Shown here piece after piece: positions 29,701-36,700 of a stretch of DNA of 64,000 bases. The stretch is taken from assembly GCA_035352955.1 (NCBI GenBank), contig DAOPYQ010000003.1:76901-140900 (forward strand). Reading direction: 5' to 3'. Within the stretch, counting starts at the first letter, position 1. Every line of letters starts with the position of its first letter. Source of the DNA: Candidatus Omnitrophota bacterium (GTDB lineage: Bacteria; Omnitrophota; Omnitrophia; Omnitrophales; Aquincolibacteriaceae). The position numbers were made by a program, and so were the translations under genes. The notes beneath the pieces were generated by a model that had not been told where the DNA came from, ran no database searches, and saw nothing but the letters and a program-made list of their open reading frames with translations.

Positions 29701-31788
29701 GGCAAGAAGCCGCATAAGCTCGTTAACTTTCTCGGGAGTGTAGATCGCGTTAAGCTTTTCGATCGCAGCCTGGCGGACCGCCGGATCCTCACTTCCCAGA
29801 TCCCTTAGCGATGCCGCGGCAATTTCATTTCCCTTGTCCAAGGTCGGCGCAAGCATCTCAGGCAAAATCTGCCCCATTTGAACGGCAATCGTGTCGTCGA
29901 CTATGGCAGTCGCACCGTCGATCCCGACCTGGTCGGGACTGACCTTGCGAAGAACGCGGTACGTTTCACCGCCCTCTTTCGCTTGGACGAGCCGCAACTC
30001 ATTGCGACGAGCCATGGGCCCGTCATTCACGTCAGGAAGGATCCCGGCAGGTGTTGGGACTTCTGCCACTTTGGTTGCGGTCGCAAGTAATTTGCCCAGG
30101 ACCCCCAGTTCCCCAACACCCTGCGCATCCTGGCCGACAGGTCCTTTGAGCGGCTGAGCGAGAAGGGTTTTTTCGACAAAAGACAGCTCGAAATTCTGCT
30201 TTCCGTCCTGGAGCATGGTGGAGCGGTAAAGTCTCTCGTCGGATTTTTCACTAAGGCGCGGGGTGACGATCCCATAGCTCACGGAATTTTCGCGGAAAAG
30301 GTCGCTCATGCCGTCCGTGTGAAAACCGCCCGTGATAAGGACGGCCTTCGTGATCTTGCGCTGGCTCATGGCGTTCTGCATTTCTTTATAGAAGACGCCT
30401 TCACGCTGACGGGCGAAACCGTAGAACTCAAGGCCGGTCTTGAACAGCTCGGTCATCTTTCCGCTAAAAGCCTTGGGCATGACCTCCTGGTCTTTGCGGA
30501 CCGAGGTATCCCCCGCGGCAATGATCGCGGTCTTCAGGCGTTCGACAAGGTTCGTCACGGTCACACGATCCCCGGCATCGACCAGCTCGCGCCACTGCGT
30601 GCGGCTCAACTCCAGATGCAAAAGCTTACGCAAAAGCTCACCGTCCCTGTAAAGGGCAAGGAGGGCCTTCTGCTGAGGCTCCTTGGCTAAGGCATCGAGC
30701 ATCTGCGTAAAAAGGTATTCAATCTCCGCGAACAGGACCTTGGGGTCAAGTTCGGCCCGGAGCGTCACGTAACCGGCAAAAAGGCTGAACGCAGGATAAT
30801 CGCTGAATTTGAATCCTTTGGGGGCGACTTCAGCGGCAAGGCGCTCGAGCACGTCGCGCGGAGAAACTTCCTGCGCGGATTTTCCGACGGAGATGCTCCC
30901 TTCATTGAAACTTTCAAGCGCGGCAAGAAGTTCTTTCGAGACGCCCTTCGTTTTGAGCATTTTGAGAAGCGCGGCCTTTTCTTCGAGTCCCTTGGCTTTG
31001 TCCAGGGACTTTTCCATTTCCTGGATGGCCAGAAGGCGCGTGATCTGCGGCCAGCCGGCCTGGGCGAAAAGGCTGTTAAGATCGACATCGAGGATTCTCC
31101 TGGACTGTTTGGCGAGCTGCTGAACGAAAGGCATGAATTCGCGGCGGCCCAGCTCGAAACGTTTCCAGTCGGCGATCAGGGCGCGCGTCTCGGGCGTAAA
31201 GACCTTGGAGGCGGCCCGGTCGAGCTTCTGATCAAATCCCTGAAAGAAACGGTTGACGTCGGGTTCGGCGCCGAACACTTTCTTCAGCGCTTCGTAGTTG
31301 GCCTTGTAAAGAGGCGCCTGCTCGATGCCGAGTGCTTCGACGTTCTTCTCGTTCTCCATCAGGAACAGTTCGGAACCGGTCAGCTCGCCCTGCTTGGCGA
31401 GTTCGTCGCACAGTTTAAGATTGCGTTCTTCATCGGGAAAAAGGCGGAGATAATCCGCATCGAGTTTGGTCGAGGCCCCTTCCACAAAAATGGTCGTGAA
31501 TCCGTATTTCTTGTTCATGTGCTCCAGAAGTTGCTTGATCTTCATCTGGGCTTGATAATTGGCGTGCGCGTTCTGGATATGAAGGATGAATTGCGGTGCA
31601 GTAGATGCGGGCGCTTCGTAAAGAGCATCGACGGTGCCGAGATCCACGGGAACATCAATGCTTAAATAAGTGGGCAGTTCTCTCTTGGACGCAATTTCGA
31701 TATTAGCACCGGGGGCCCCCCATGCGATCTGTGTCGTGAGAAAGCAAACCACGGTCGCCGCCGCGATCACCTTCAGGCCCTTTTTCAT
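20734..31788 (-). CDS. giant modular secreted/membrane-associated protein (3,684 aa), function unknown
   Basis: One uninterrupted ORF with an ATG start and GGAGGA 8 nt upstream. Signal peptide MKKGLKVIAAATVVCFLTTQIAWGA. Hydrophobic clusters are encoded near 29335-29460, 28540-28600, 28075-28146 and 25240-25980. Contains the repeated RAEKR motif and internal tandem duplications. Confidence 0.9.
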   Translation of the reverse strand: MKKGLKVIAAATVVCFLTTQIAWGAPGANIEIASKRELPTYLSIDVPVDLGTVDALYEAPASTAPQFILHIQNAHANYQAQMKIKQLLEHMNKKYGFTTIFVEGASTKLDADYLRLFPDEERNLKLCDELAKQGELTGSELFLMENEKNVEALGIEQAPLYKANYEALKKVFGAEPDVNRFFQGFDQKLDRAASKVFTPETRALIADWKRFELGRREFMPFVQQLAKQSRRILDVDLNSLFAQAGWPQITRLLAIQEMEKSLDKAKGLEEKAALLKMLKTKGVSKELLAALESFNEGSISVGKSAQEVSPRDVLERLAAEVAPKGFKFSDYPAFSLFAGYVTLRAELDPKVLFAEIEYLFTQMLDALAKEPQQKALLALYRDGELLRKLLHLELSRTQWRELVDAGDRVTVTNLVERLKTAIIAAGDTSVRKDQEVMPKAFSGKMTELFKTGLEFYGFARQREGVFYKEMQNAMSQRKITKAVLITGGFHTDGMSDLFRENSVSYGIVTPRLSEKSDERLYRSTMLQDGKQNFELSFVEKTLLAQPLKGPVGQDAQGVGELGVLGKLLATATKVAEVPTPAGILPDVNDGPMARRNELRLVQAKEGGETYRVLRKVSPDQVGIDGATAIVDDTIAVQMGQILPEMLAPTLDKGNEIAAASLRDLGSEDPAVRQAAIEKLNAIYTPEKVNELMRLLAINGGKSEDQKRELPQTAQSPWLLQDERTNFAHHLLQDRLFSINERETLAKRMLAEWKIPDLTSGKFDFSKISMVYFQPAWKDSIVLGGVAIALAAAGLAFLTTGVSLAVILGVGVVAGAVSAARWIRNRNERASLSKSIFPDGPATRMKSPEIPTGDMNLLKMGPVAGGVIQDDRDVGTPRAEKRGEVDAVIDGRDYRGPKQVDNLDGVREAVARLVELNPSARVFLIMGGDTAEQPVNYSGPESLTNALAAVNGKGPFVVQIRPSRFGNPAILVTYTRAEKRMTRAQKEEKIAAELNNIIATRPLEPGLTQEIRDFLAVMPVLTDVTLMRSLSALGVRLGMNFFTALGLGVEETAPVVKSPIYISRGLQSILLAVSLAFGAVLSARAFTTNEVPVGTQLVSFGKGETTEASPRMNFLEKTPTGVLAGWTMGTSSDITNMVFYIVANNRLTDTNGWAVVSRGFQATPQTPSYTIMTNAFLNSPTLFAGIIGGTNGFLNAAGRKELRGTPSERGPVNLKMLPAMWRALGLIFALSIASVAGAFTTNEVPVGTQLVSFGKGETTEASPRMNFLEKTPTGVLAGWTMGTSSDITNMVFYIVANNRLTDTNGWAVVSRGFQATPQTPSYTIMTNAFLNSPTLFAGIIGGTNGFLNAAGRKELRGTQLENIPRVVNTLWTLTARGNKGRRTSVALRIFGFGDSDLVGKDPIFEGNYSGDDQMLTKNSLNLGELAQFKLQMDLPDSIPETMEKTYSVSMKDNAIEIRPLFSVPVTLAGRQEKRATQLAGEQKIVFTEKQVADLAKFLQVDADQVRVQIGQIAEALTQAQQTNNVAEQSRLEAVLAKYPVVQYEDGKKGGSLGRFLTDEEFQGVNAVLMEVRHRKTPIILRATTATSNATITVAGVLWILKPLSLPASRQEKRAEETTGVNPQTPVNGLRAWFAFNRASALATGSALNVLEQAWEAYNKEVTLARGQAEAYKKIAALTLSGMKSFFTEQTGRQPKTAEPRITQADVDEAYDLFVSSLRSERRGADLRADLESFQIRRAFERVQLAAEIESSSFRNAAEESPEKIKISKIQDALDSAMGQYSKWLEEQKRLGTPANMDLATLKTQCFDPKRIKDAAILEETFARVVEAYAKDPMGMDFKPTPVEIESAFHRAVLTQAVERDKNVWNVLQAAWEAYHQRQGVMVRATGKIPKMSANPDLTRLWELLFAPQVDDDGRITVAVAERAFNAFAFSIRAEKRGEKKDFMTIGTSLGANIAAGATSIAGLVYPFISGVLAGVTGIFIMPLIVAATLAIPSLAVIYDQISYYVSGEAARVAERRQVNLANAALNPAMSVAMQAEQAREDREAGIRGSLETASWMLALIPAFFFLQALAAAVGTLAVLPTIAVFLLIAAGSTTVIRAVLKFVWSAVYQSSLEEPSVSPLSEKTMQVIRGGSLALSAGVSVAAAVAFANASLGIPVYALAVGGIALFLPLAMLFTGLFRDLAESFVTLFPKQSESLKRWLTTSPERIELQLRLWTGAVPQFKRLSELDRASTAELAEDFLSIDRDLVKGRIKSARQRLALAIQRETLQLALTLRGVNFELMARLAEGLESFGLNAAQIELIKQSDSKGYSAAEISQGVLGAEFYDDLQKEDLARKIETAHVEANRDVVVAARQLATEVLSADQVVPFLAGRLEKNASKGIGMTVHVTTDGPTIVFDDRTFRWQELLKGQLKTGVSYRVVINRAMSPVTHRIKLGSNEIADITRAEKRLGVRPPARSEVKGINLEAIEFLSTAPEVIDLATRLRLATAADEQDRLIEALANAIVARKGVGAFKGLDFYAVNSRIVFPILRQLWDEHMPGLNANSTEVRQVTGRVMVVLLGSNEIVDITRAEKRLGIQELAAAGLLMTSVPVAATAGMVVTPTGTVVTAGALVEAPKTVEDLVKIVRARKHVVLEDLLAGALDPKNSQAVRAEKWMALFDDLISFYRFNAGGAAVRSEAADLGKGRNGGVGLDSATPVDTPLDRDALKTVKDLYANTSVFKAKAYNAAVKHYLDGLRPMLDAASRKEIRAEKRGLTEEGDPTVNWTALQVVQQGTLTDREIDAAFWAATQSATGNESLVKAIYGAWQLYRKARRPSVSRDTFAELNPFFTGKFSEAAKAAVSKELRANSEKRDVPMAANVPPLASAIRVSTAAQRTPTVVGQEEPILTASDLSRVIDPPQILSALTEAESVARGITTMDLVGIIQMAKQKYDDGDDTSMTLRSIKTKLFTVAPEDQARADEAFRLFSSLALSTLRAEKREMTLNELDEAFRLTSIIRQRSFTPQDTNLGLRVRAFENAYFMKNSRPELVRTLETIVETYGFPEGATKTELQELIRSLKTYTKEQALAIQSEVLEATALETSVNAARTDLEGVPSRINVRLSGDKKKVEIRVSSNDPQFVLDANFVVAVFAFEGNLYIRHLVRGIAPQNVMIPKDLDLTKLTSGINTFPQEWVLSEEAVTRIEAPSVRTALSPRAGKLEMTSDKALEILSREVPGLALEDNNNIADFKVWNAAAKSKHQVSHAFWNVLKIPADAKPDAAGLILGQTDTRYQKYTDFFNSFDAPARDAEGREIVGFRSLRDIITDKATTSDEREVLLLSAVVSLAEIEGAGRVAIKTAIDRGATFDEMRAIALALAAKAKAERLEEAAKVKAAEAGRAERRDVSVSERQLAVAKWVEQNFTKQQVRTAMETTREALKAMGIPESELKTPALKVAVALTEGIARDNMEALAPVIIAISLLVDERTITGLTEQLQNAVPNMPLPISGDAGRLVKVIEGFKDPKVFLALLKFNLLLNPNMRFDTMVLGSGIDAAAVRQVLLDFAAWANKIHRPAFISQVDIRVFDPQAHDFNSKAAEFLALVKGKGYVLTGTANALSFLNLSFVTGVVVREADNVQGAVSQAAVGRVAMRGAQKIWNLSGMTPEQMADLLLKMPGFEKEGASGLAITKKSIDGMLQNMQVLFEAFQRIASAA
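24071..24496. repeat. intragenic dispersed repeat: two 51-nt copies (50/51 identical) 375 bp apart
   Basis: 24071..24121 and 24446..24496 both read ccgagccgcttttccgcccgggtgatgtcc[a/g]cgatctcgttagaaccaagt. They encode LGSNEI[V/A]DITRAEKRLG. Confidence 0.85.
27717..28527. repeat. intragenic tandem duplication, period 459 bp, with a 352-bp core that is 100% identical
   Basis: 27717..28068 equals 28176..28527 base for base in my line-by-line comparison. Similarity decays after that (ttgtaaaagc versus tcgtgaaagc). The antisense track ORFs 27656..27958 and 28154..28417 share identical peptides. Confidence 0.95.
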
Positions 31789-31850
31789 GTTTTGTATCCT
31801 CCTCGGATCAGATTATGAACCCTTTTTAAAAGATTAAAAAACATAAAGAA

Positions 31851-31878
31851 AATGTAACATATCACGGCCAGTTTGCAA
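31851..31878 (-). promoter_or_regulatory. candidate sigma-70 promoter directly upstream of the giant gene
   Basis: The minus strand reads TTGCAA-N16-TACATT, about 60 nt upstream of the ATG at 31788. Confidence 0.3.
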
Positions 31879-31960
31879 GCCTAAAAATCCCCTCAAGAGG
31901 ACTTTTTTAAGATTTATTGTAAGTCTAACCGAATCAACCATTTGCACAGTTTTTCTCCGC

Positions 31961-32689
31961 TTAAATGGTTACGAATTCAACGCCAAAACCAAGTTGCTCC
32001 TTGCGAACTTCCTCTCGACGGATCTTCCCGGCAACCTGGTACTCCTCCGGAAAATTGGCACTTGGGAAGATATGAATGTCGACCTTGAGTCCCGCAAGGG
32101 GCCCAAGAGCCGAGATCCGATGCGCCGCACCAAGGTCCAAATACTCCGCAAACAGCCCTCCTTCGCTGATATTGGTCGCGATGGCGCGCGTTTGGAGAAC
32201 CTCCCCCTTCGGGCTTGTGATCGTGAGCTTCAGCGGGATCGCCACATGCATACGATGACTGCGGCGCTTTTCGAGCTGGTGCCCCGGCGAATCCTGCGGG
32301 TTTTTTACCCCCGGCGCCATGATGCGCTTTTCCGCGTCCTTGTCAAAAAGGAACGGCCCGAAACTTTCCGCCACTTCCTTTTCGTCCGCGCACACGTCGA
32401 CCTTCCCGGTAAAGCAATTATCCTCGAGATAATGGGCCATCTCCGCGGAGGCCCCATAGATCACACTGTGCTTGGGGCGGATGCAGACCGTCAGCAGCCT
32501 TCGCAGACCGATCGCGTCAAGCGCTCCGGCCTCCTGGAAATTCAAAATGATCCTCTGCAGACGGTGGCGCCGAATGTTCTTCTGGATCTTCCAGGCAACC
32601 TCCTGCACGGATTCAAAGGTCGGCTCTCCTTTCAAGTCAAAGACAGCGACCCCTCCGATCTCTCTGGTGGAATAGTGGAATTTGCTCAT
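31961..32689 (-). CDS. STAS domain - PilZ domain fusion protein (putative c-di-GMP receptor)
   Basis: The N-terminal STAS fold (VAVFDLKGEPTF...IILNFQEAGALDAIGLRRLL) has Ala where SpoIIAA-type proteins carry the phospho-Ser (DAIG versus DSSG). The C-terminal PilZ motifs are RRSHR (RxxxR) and NISEGG (D/N-x-S-x-x-G), about 30 aa apart. Confidence 0.85.
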   Translation of the reverse strand: MSKFHYSTREIGGVAVFDLKGEPTFESVQEVAWKIQKNIRRHRLQRIILNFQEAGALDAIGLRRLLTVCIRPKHSVIYGASAEMAHYLEDNCFTGKVDVCADEKEVAESFGPFLFDKDAEKRIMAPGVKNPQDSPGHQLEKRRSHRMHVAIPLKLTITSPKGEVLQTRAIATNISEGGLFAEYLDLGAAHRISALGPLAGLKVDIHIFPSANFPEEYQVAGKIRREEVRKEQLGFGVEFVTI

Positions 32690-32924
32690 GACAGATTTTT
32701 CCTCTTTTTACTGCGTTCGATCCTTCTGAGGTTCCTGTGAAGTCTCGGGTACATATAACCCGATAACAAATCACCCCGCAAGATCACACAAGGAACGTGA
32801 GGACCTCCTTTCCCATTCATCATTCTCAAGCCTTTCATCACGCTCAAATCATGCGTCATTTTCCGTATCTCCCTTTTTCAAGATTATCAGTCGTTTTACT
32901 ATGCTTTTTTTCACTTCTACATGA

Positions 32925-32953
32925 AACATAACTCAATACAATACTTTTGTCAA
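32925..32953 (-). promoter_or_regulatory. candidate sigma-70 promoter inside the AT-rich island
   Basis: The minus strand reads TTGACA aaagtattgtattgagt TATGTT with a 17-nt spacer. This implies a leader of about 230 nt before the STAS-PilZ ATG. Confidence 0.4.
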
Positions 32954-33170
32954 TATCTTAAATAAATAAATAAGTATTAGATTTAATTAAGTCTTATGTT
33001 TATCAATATATAACAAGTTTAATCAATAATATACTTAGCGCGAGCCATTTCGACACACATTTTAAATATCACCAATGGAAACCAACGGGAGAGAAAAACA
33101 GCGGATTTCAACAGCCCAGGGTCAGCAAAAAGCCTCAGTTCACCCTGGCTCGAAAGAAAGAAACAACACT

Positions 33171-34577
33171 TTAAGCGACCGGCCCCCTCGGAGACTTCCG
33201 AAAAAACTTAATGCGCTCGATCAGCGTTTTTTCGAAACCGATAGGTTTGGGGATGTAATACTGCGCGGATTTATCGAGATAGACTTGGCCTCTGGCTTCC
33301 TCCGGCTTGTCGTGCGGATAAATATATCCGACCCCATGACCGAGATCCTTGGCGCCGGAATACGCGCTACTGCGGAGATGCTGCGGCACCTGCTCGAACT
33401 TTTTGGTCTTGATGTCCTCGGTAGCGGTTTCAATTGCCATGTAACTCGCATTGCTTTTCGGCGCGAGCGCGAGATACGTCACGAGCTGCGAAAGAATGAT
33501 ACGGGCTTCCGGCATTCCGACAAACTCCACGGCCGTAAAACCGCTCGACGCGAGGATGAGCGCCTGAGGGTCCGCGTTCCCGATGTCCTCACTGGCGAAG
33601 ATCACGAGACGGCGCACGATAAACCTGGGATCCTCGCCCGCGTAAAGCATCTTCGCAAGCCAGTAAACCGCCGCGTCCACATCCGAACCGCGAAGGCTCT
33701 TGATGAAGGCGCTGATCGTATCGTAATGCTGATCCTCGTCCCAGTCGTAATGGACGATCTTTTTCTGGCAGGATTCTTCGGCGACCTCCGGCGTAAAATG
33801 AACGATCCCCTTCTCATCCGGCGGCGTCGTCAGGACGCCCACCTCGAGGGCGTTCAATGCGCGCCGGGCATCTCCGGAGGCTTGCCGGGCAATGTGCGCG
33901 AGCGCCTCGGGGGCCGCCTCGATCTTCAAGTTCCCGAACCCTCGGTCCTTGTCGGCAAGCGCCCTCTTCATCAGCGCGATCAGATGGGATTCTTCGTGAG
34001 GCTTCAATTCACAGACCAGGGAGCGGGACAGAAGCGGGCCGCGGATCGCGAACGTCGGGTTTTGCGTCGTCGCGCCGATCAGGATAATGACGCCGGACTC
34101 GACGTCGGGCATCAGGATGTCCTGCTGGGCCTTGTTGAAACGGTGCATCTCATCGATAAAAAGAACGGTCTTGCGGCGCGATTGACGAAGCAACTTCCGC
34201 GCCTCGTCCTGGATCTTCCGCATCTCGGCGACGTTGCTCAACACCGCATTAATCGAGACATAACGCGCGGCGGTCATGCGGGCGATCACCAGCGCAAGCG
34301 TCGTTTTGCCGATGCCGGGCGGGCCGTAAAGGATCAGCGAAGTCAGCCGGTCGGATTCGAGGGTGCGGCGGAGAAGTTTTCCGGGCCCGAGAAGATGGTC
34401 CTGCCCCAGGATCTCCCCGAGGGTCGCCGGCCGCATCCGGACGGCCAGCGGCGCGCCATGCGGGACCTGCAGGGAATCGTCGACTTCGGATTGATGGAAT
34501 AATTCGTCAGAAAAGCCGGAGGAAGGATAACGGATGGAGGACGAAGCTTCGGCTTTCAGTTTTTCGTCATCCTTCAT
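33171..34577 (-). CDS. rarA: replication-associated recombination protein A (AAA+ ATPase)
   Basis: LILYGPPGIGKTTLA, VLFIDEMHRFNKAQQD, and the C-terminal MgsA domain (YDTISAFIKSLRGSDVDAAVYWLA). Confidence 0.93.
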   Translation of the reverse strand: MKDDEKLKAEASSSIRYPSSGFSDELFHQSEVDDSLQVPHGAPLAVRMRPATLGEILGQDHLLGPGKLLRRTLESDRLTSLILYGPPGIGKTTLALVIARMTAARYVSINAVLSNVAEMRKIQDEARKLLRQSRRKTVLFIDEMHRFNKAQQDILMPDVESGVIILIGATTQNPTFAIRGPLLSRSLVCELKPHEESHLIALMKRALADKDRGFGNLKIEAAPEALAHIARQASGDARRALNALEVGVLTTPPDEKGIVHFTPEVAEESCQKKIVHYDWDEDQHYDTISAFIKSLRGSDVDAAVYWLAKMLYAGEDPRFIVRRLVIFASEDIGNADPQALILASSGFTAVEFVGMPEARIILSQLVTYLALAPKSNASYMAIETATEDIKTKKFEQVPQHLRSSAYSGAKDLGHGVGYIYPHDKPEEARGQVYLDKSAQYYIPKPIGFEKTLIERIKFFRKSPRGPVA

Positions 34578-34588
34578 CCGTCATCCTA

Positions 34589-36655
34589 TTAGCTCTGAAA
34601 AGACGCCTGATATTTTTCGACCAGCGTGCGGGCGATCGTATCGTGGATTTTCTGAACTTCGTCGGAAACGAGGGTGCGAACGGGCGACTGATAGATCACG
34701 CGGAACGCGAGGTTCTTGCAGCCTGAGGGAACGCGCTTGCCGCGAAAAAGATCGAACAAAACGACGTCCCGGATCAGCCCCTGCCCGAGGCCGCGGATCT
34801 CGCCCGTCAGATCCCCGCTTTTGACGGAGTCCTTCACAACGATCGAAAGGTCGCGTTCGATCGCGGGATATTTCGGCCATTCCTCGAATTTCCGAACCCC
34901 CCGGGCGTGCTCCAGAAGTTTCTCGAGCGACACTTCCGCGTAATACACCGGCTCCTTAAGATCCCATAGCTTCAAGAGTGCCGCGGACACCTCTCCCATA
35001 AAAGCCACCGGCGTCTGCCAAACGCGGAGCTCCTCGGCGATCCCGGGCGCGAAATAACTTTTTTCGGATTTTGCGACGCAAAGCTCCGTCGCTCCGGCGA
35101 TCCGGAGAATCGCCTCAACACACCCCTTGAGATCATAGAACGTCGCAGGCCTCGCCTGATCGAGCCAGGTCTGCGCCGCTTTCTTGCCGTAAAGGGCGAT
35201 GGCACAAATACACTCTTCCACGGGGTGTTTGTGACTATCGGGCATCGCATAGATATTGGCGATCTCGAACACAGCGACCGAATCAGCGCCCCCGGCATTC
35301 ACGTTCGTCCGGATCACGTTGAGGAGGCTCGTCACCATGGTCGGCCGCATCCAGTGGAGCCCATGCTGAAGCGGATTCACGATCTGCACGGCATGTTTCA
35401 GGTCTTTTTCGGGATCCAACCCGTCTTCGGCGATAAGGCTGAACGTCACGGTCTCGGAAAGCCCCGCGCCGCTTAGCTGCTGACGGACCTTCTGCTCGAG
35501 CGCGAGCCTCGGATTTTCGTTCACGGCGATCGGTGCCCTGGCCGGAAGCGTTTCGGGAATGTTCTCAAAACCGTAGATCCGCGCGATCTCTTCAACAAGG
35601 TCAACCGGACGCGTCAGGTCCGGCCGGAACGAAGGGATGCCGACGGTCCATACTTCGGCGGAATGCTGTTTCACGTCGAGGCCGAGCCTTCCCAGGATGA
35701 GCGAGATCTGGCTCGACTTGATCTCCACACCGAGAACCGACTTCACATCGTCGCTGCGGAGCGAAACGGTCTTGACGGCAAGCTGGGGCTTCTCCCCCGC
35801 CTTGATCATCGCGCTGATGTGGCGCGGCTTGGCGTACTTTTTGATGAGCGCGAGCGCGCGGCGGCTGCCGAGGTCCACGGCTTCGGGGTCCACCCGGCGT
35901 TCAAACCGGTACGAAGAATCGGACGATAACTGGTGCCGGCGCGAAGTCGCCCGGACGCGTCCGGGATTGAAGAAAGCGGATTCGAGGAAAACATTCCGCG
36001 TGCGATCCGTGATCTCGGAATCCTTACCGCCCATGACCCCGGCCAGGGCGACCGCGTGATCGCTGTCGGCAATGACCAGATCGTCGGGTTTGAGTTCAAG
36101 GGAACTGCCGTCGATCATCAAAAGTTTCTCGCCGGCCTTGGCCTTGCGAACCTGGACTTCTTTGCCCTTCAGCAGATCAGCGTCGAACGCGTGGAGCGGC
36201 TGGCCGACCTCAAACAAAACATAGTTCGTGATATCGACAATGAGGTTGATGCTGCGGACACCGCACGCGAGGAGACGGTCCACAATAAAATCCGGCGTCT
36301 TGGTCTCCGTGATCCCTTCGATCAGGACCCCGGTATAATACGGACAGCCTTCGACATCCTTGATCTTGATGTCCCATCCAGGCGGCGGCACACTGCGACC
36401 CGCCTCGGGATCAACCGCAGGACCTTTGACGGAGATATTCTCGACCGCGGCGATCTCGCGCGCGACACCCCAATGGGAAAGCCAGTCGGGACGGTTCGAG
36501 GTGATCTCGATCTCGAAGAGCGTGTCCGAGGGACTCTTGAGCGTCTCGCATTTTTTGACCTCGAGACCGGCAAGCGTCAGACGCTCGGCGATCCGCGAAA
36601 GCGGCGGCGCCAACGTGATGAAATCCTTCAACCAGTTTGTCGATATTTTCATCAA
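34589..36655 (-). CDS. pheT: phenylalanine--tRNA ligase beta subunit
   Basis: MMKISTNWLKDFI..., followed by B3/4, B5 and FDX-ACB-like regions. It lies directly after pheS. Confidence 0.93.
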   Translation of the reverse strand: MMKISTNWLKDFITLAPPLSRIAERLTLAGLEVKKCETLKSPSDTLFEIEITSNRPDWLSHWGVAREIAAVENISVKGPAVDPEAGRSVPPPGWDIKIKDVEGCPYYTGVLIEGITETKTPDFIVDRLLACGVRSINLIVDITNYVLFEVGQPLHAFDADLLKGKEVQVRKAKAGEKLLMIDGSSLELKPDDLVIADSDHAVALAGVMGGKDSEITDRTRNVFLESAFFNPGRVRATSRRHQLSSDSSYRFERRVDPEAVDLGSRRALALIKKYAKPRHISAMIKAGEKPQLAVKTVSLRSDDVKSVLGVEIKSSQISLILGRLGLDVKQHSAEVWTVGIPSFRPDLTRPVDLVEEIARIYGFENIPETLPARAPIAVNENPRLALEQKVRQQLSGAGLSETVTFSLIAEDGLDPEKDLKHAVQIVNPLQHGLHWMRPTMVTSLLNVIRTNVNAGGADSVAVFEIANIYAMPDSHKHPVEECICAIALYGKKAAQTWLDQARPATFYDLKGCVEAILRIAGATELCVAKSEKSYFAPGIAEELRVWQTPVAFMGEVSAALLKLWDLKEPVYYAEVSLEKLLEHARGVRKFEEWPKYPAIERDLSIVVKDSVKSGDLTGEIRGLGQGLIRDVVLFDLFRGKRVPSGCKNLAFRVIYQSPVRTLVSDEVQKIHDTIARTLVEKYQASFQS

Positions 36656-36700
36656 AACCTTTCGACCCGGATCAAAACCCGGTCTTGCAGAAGTTATGCA

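Noticed and set aside
31789-31960. A search for sigma-54 (-24/-12) promoters upstream of the giant gene, the major pilin (51132..51179) and gltB.
   Set aside because: No TGGCAC-N5-TTGC-like element with correct GG/GC spacing was found. Only sigma-70-like hexamers are present.
32686-32859. A 57-codon upstream ORF (MTHDLSVMKGLRMMNGKGG...KKRKNLS*) whose TGA overlaps the STAS-PilZ ATG (ATGA).
   Set aside because: Its codon usage is rich in A/T-ending codons, unlike neighbouring genes. The sequence is basic and low-complexity, with no recognisable features and only a weak GGGAGA upstream. I treat it as part of a non-coding leader unless ribosome profiling says otherwise.
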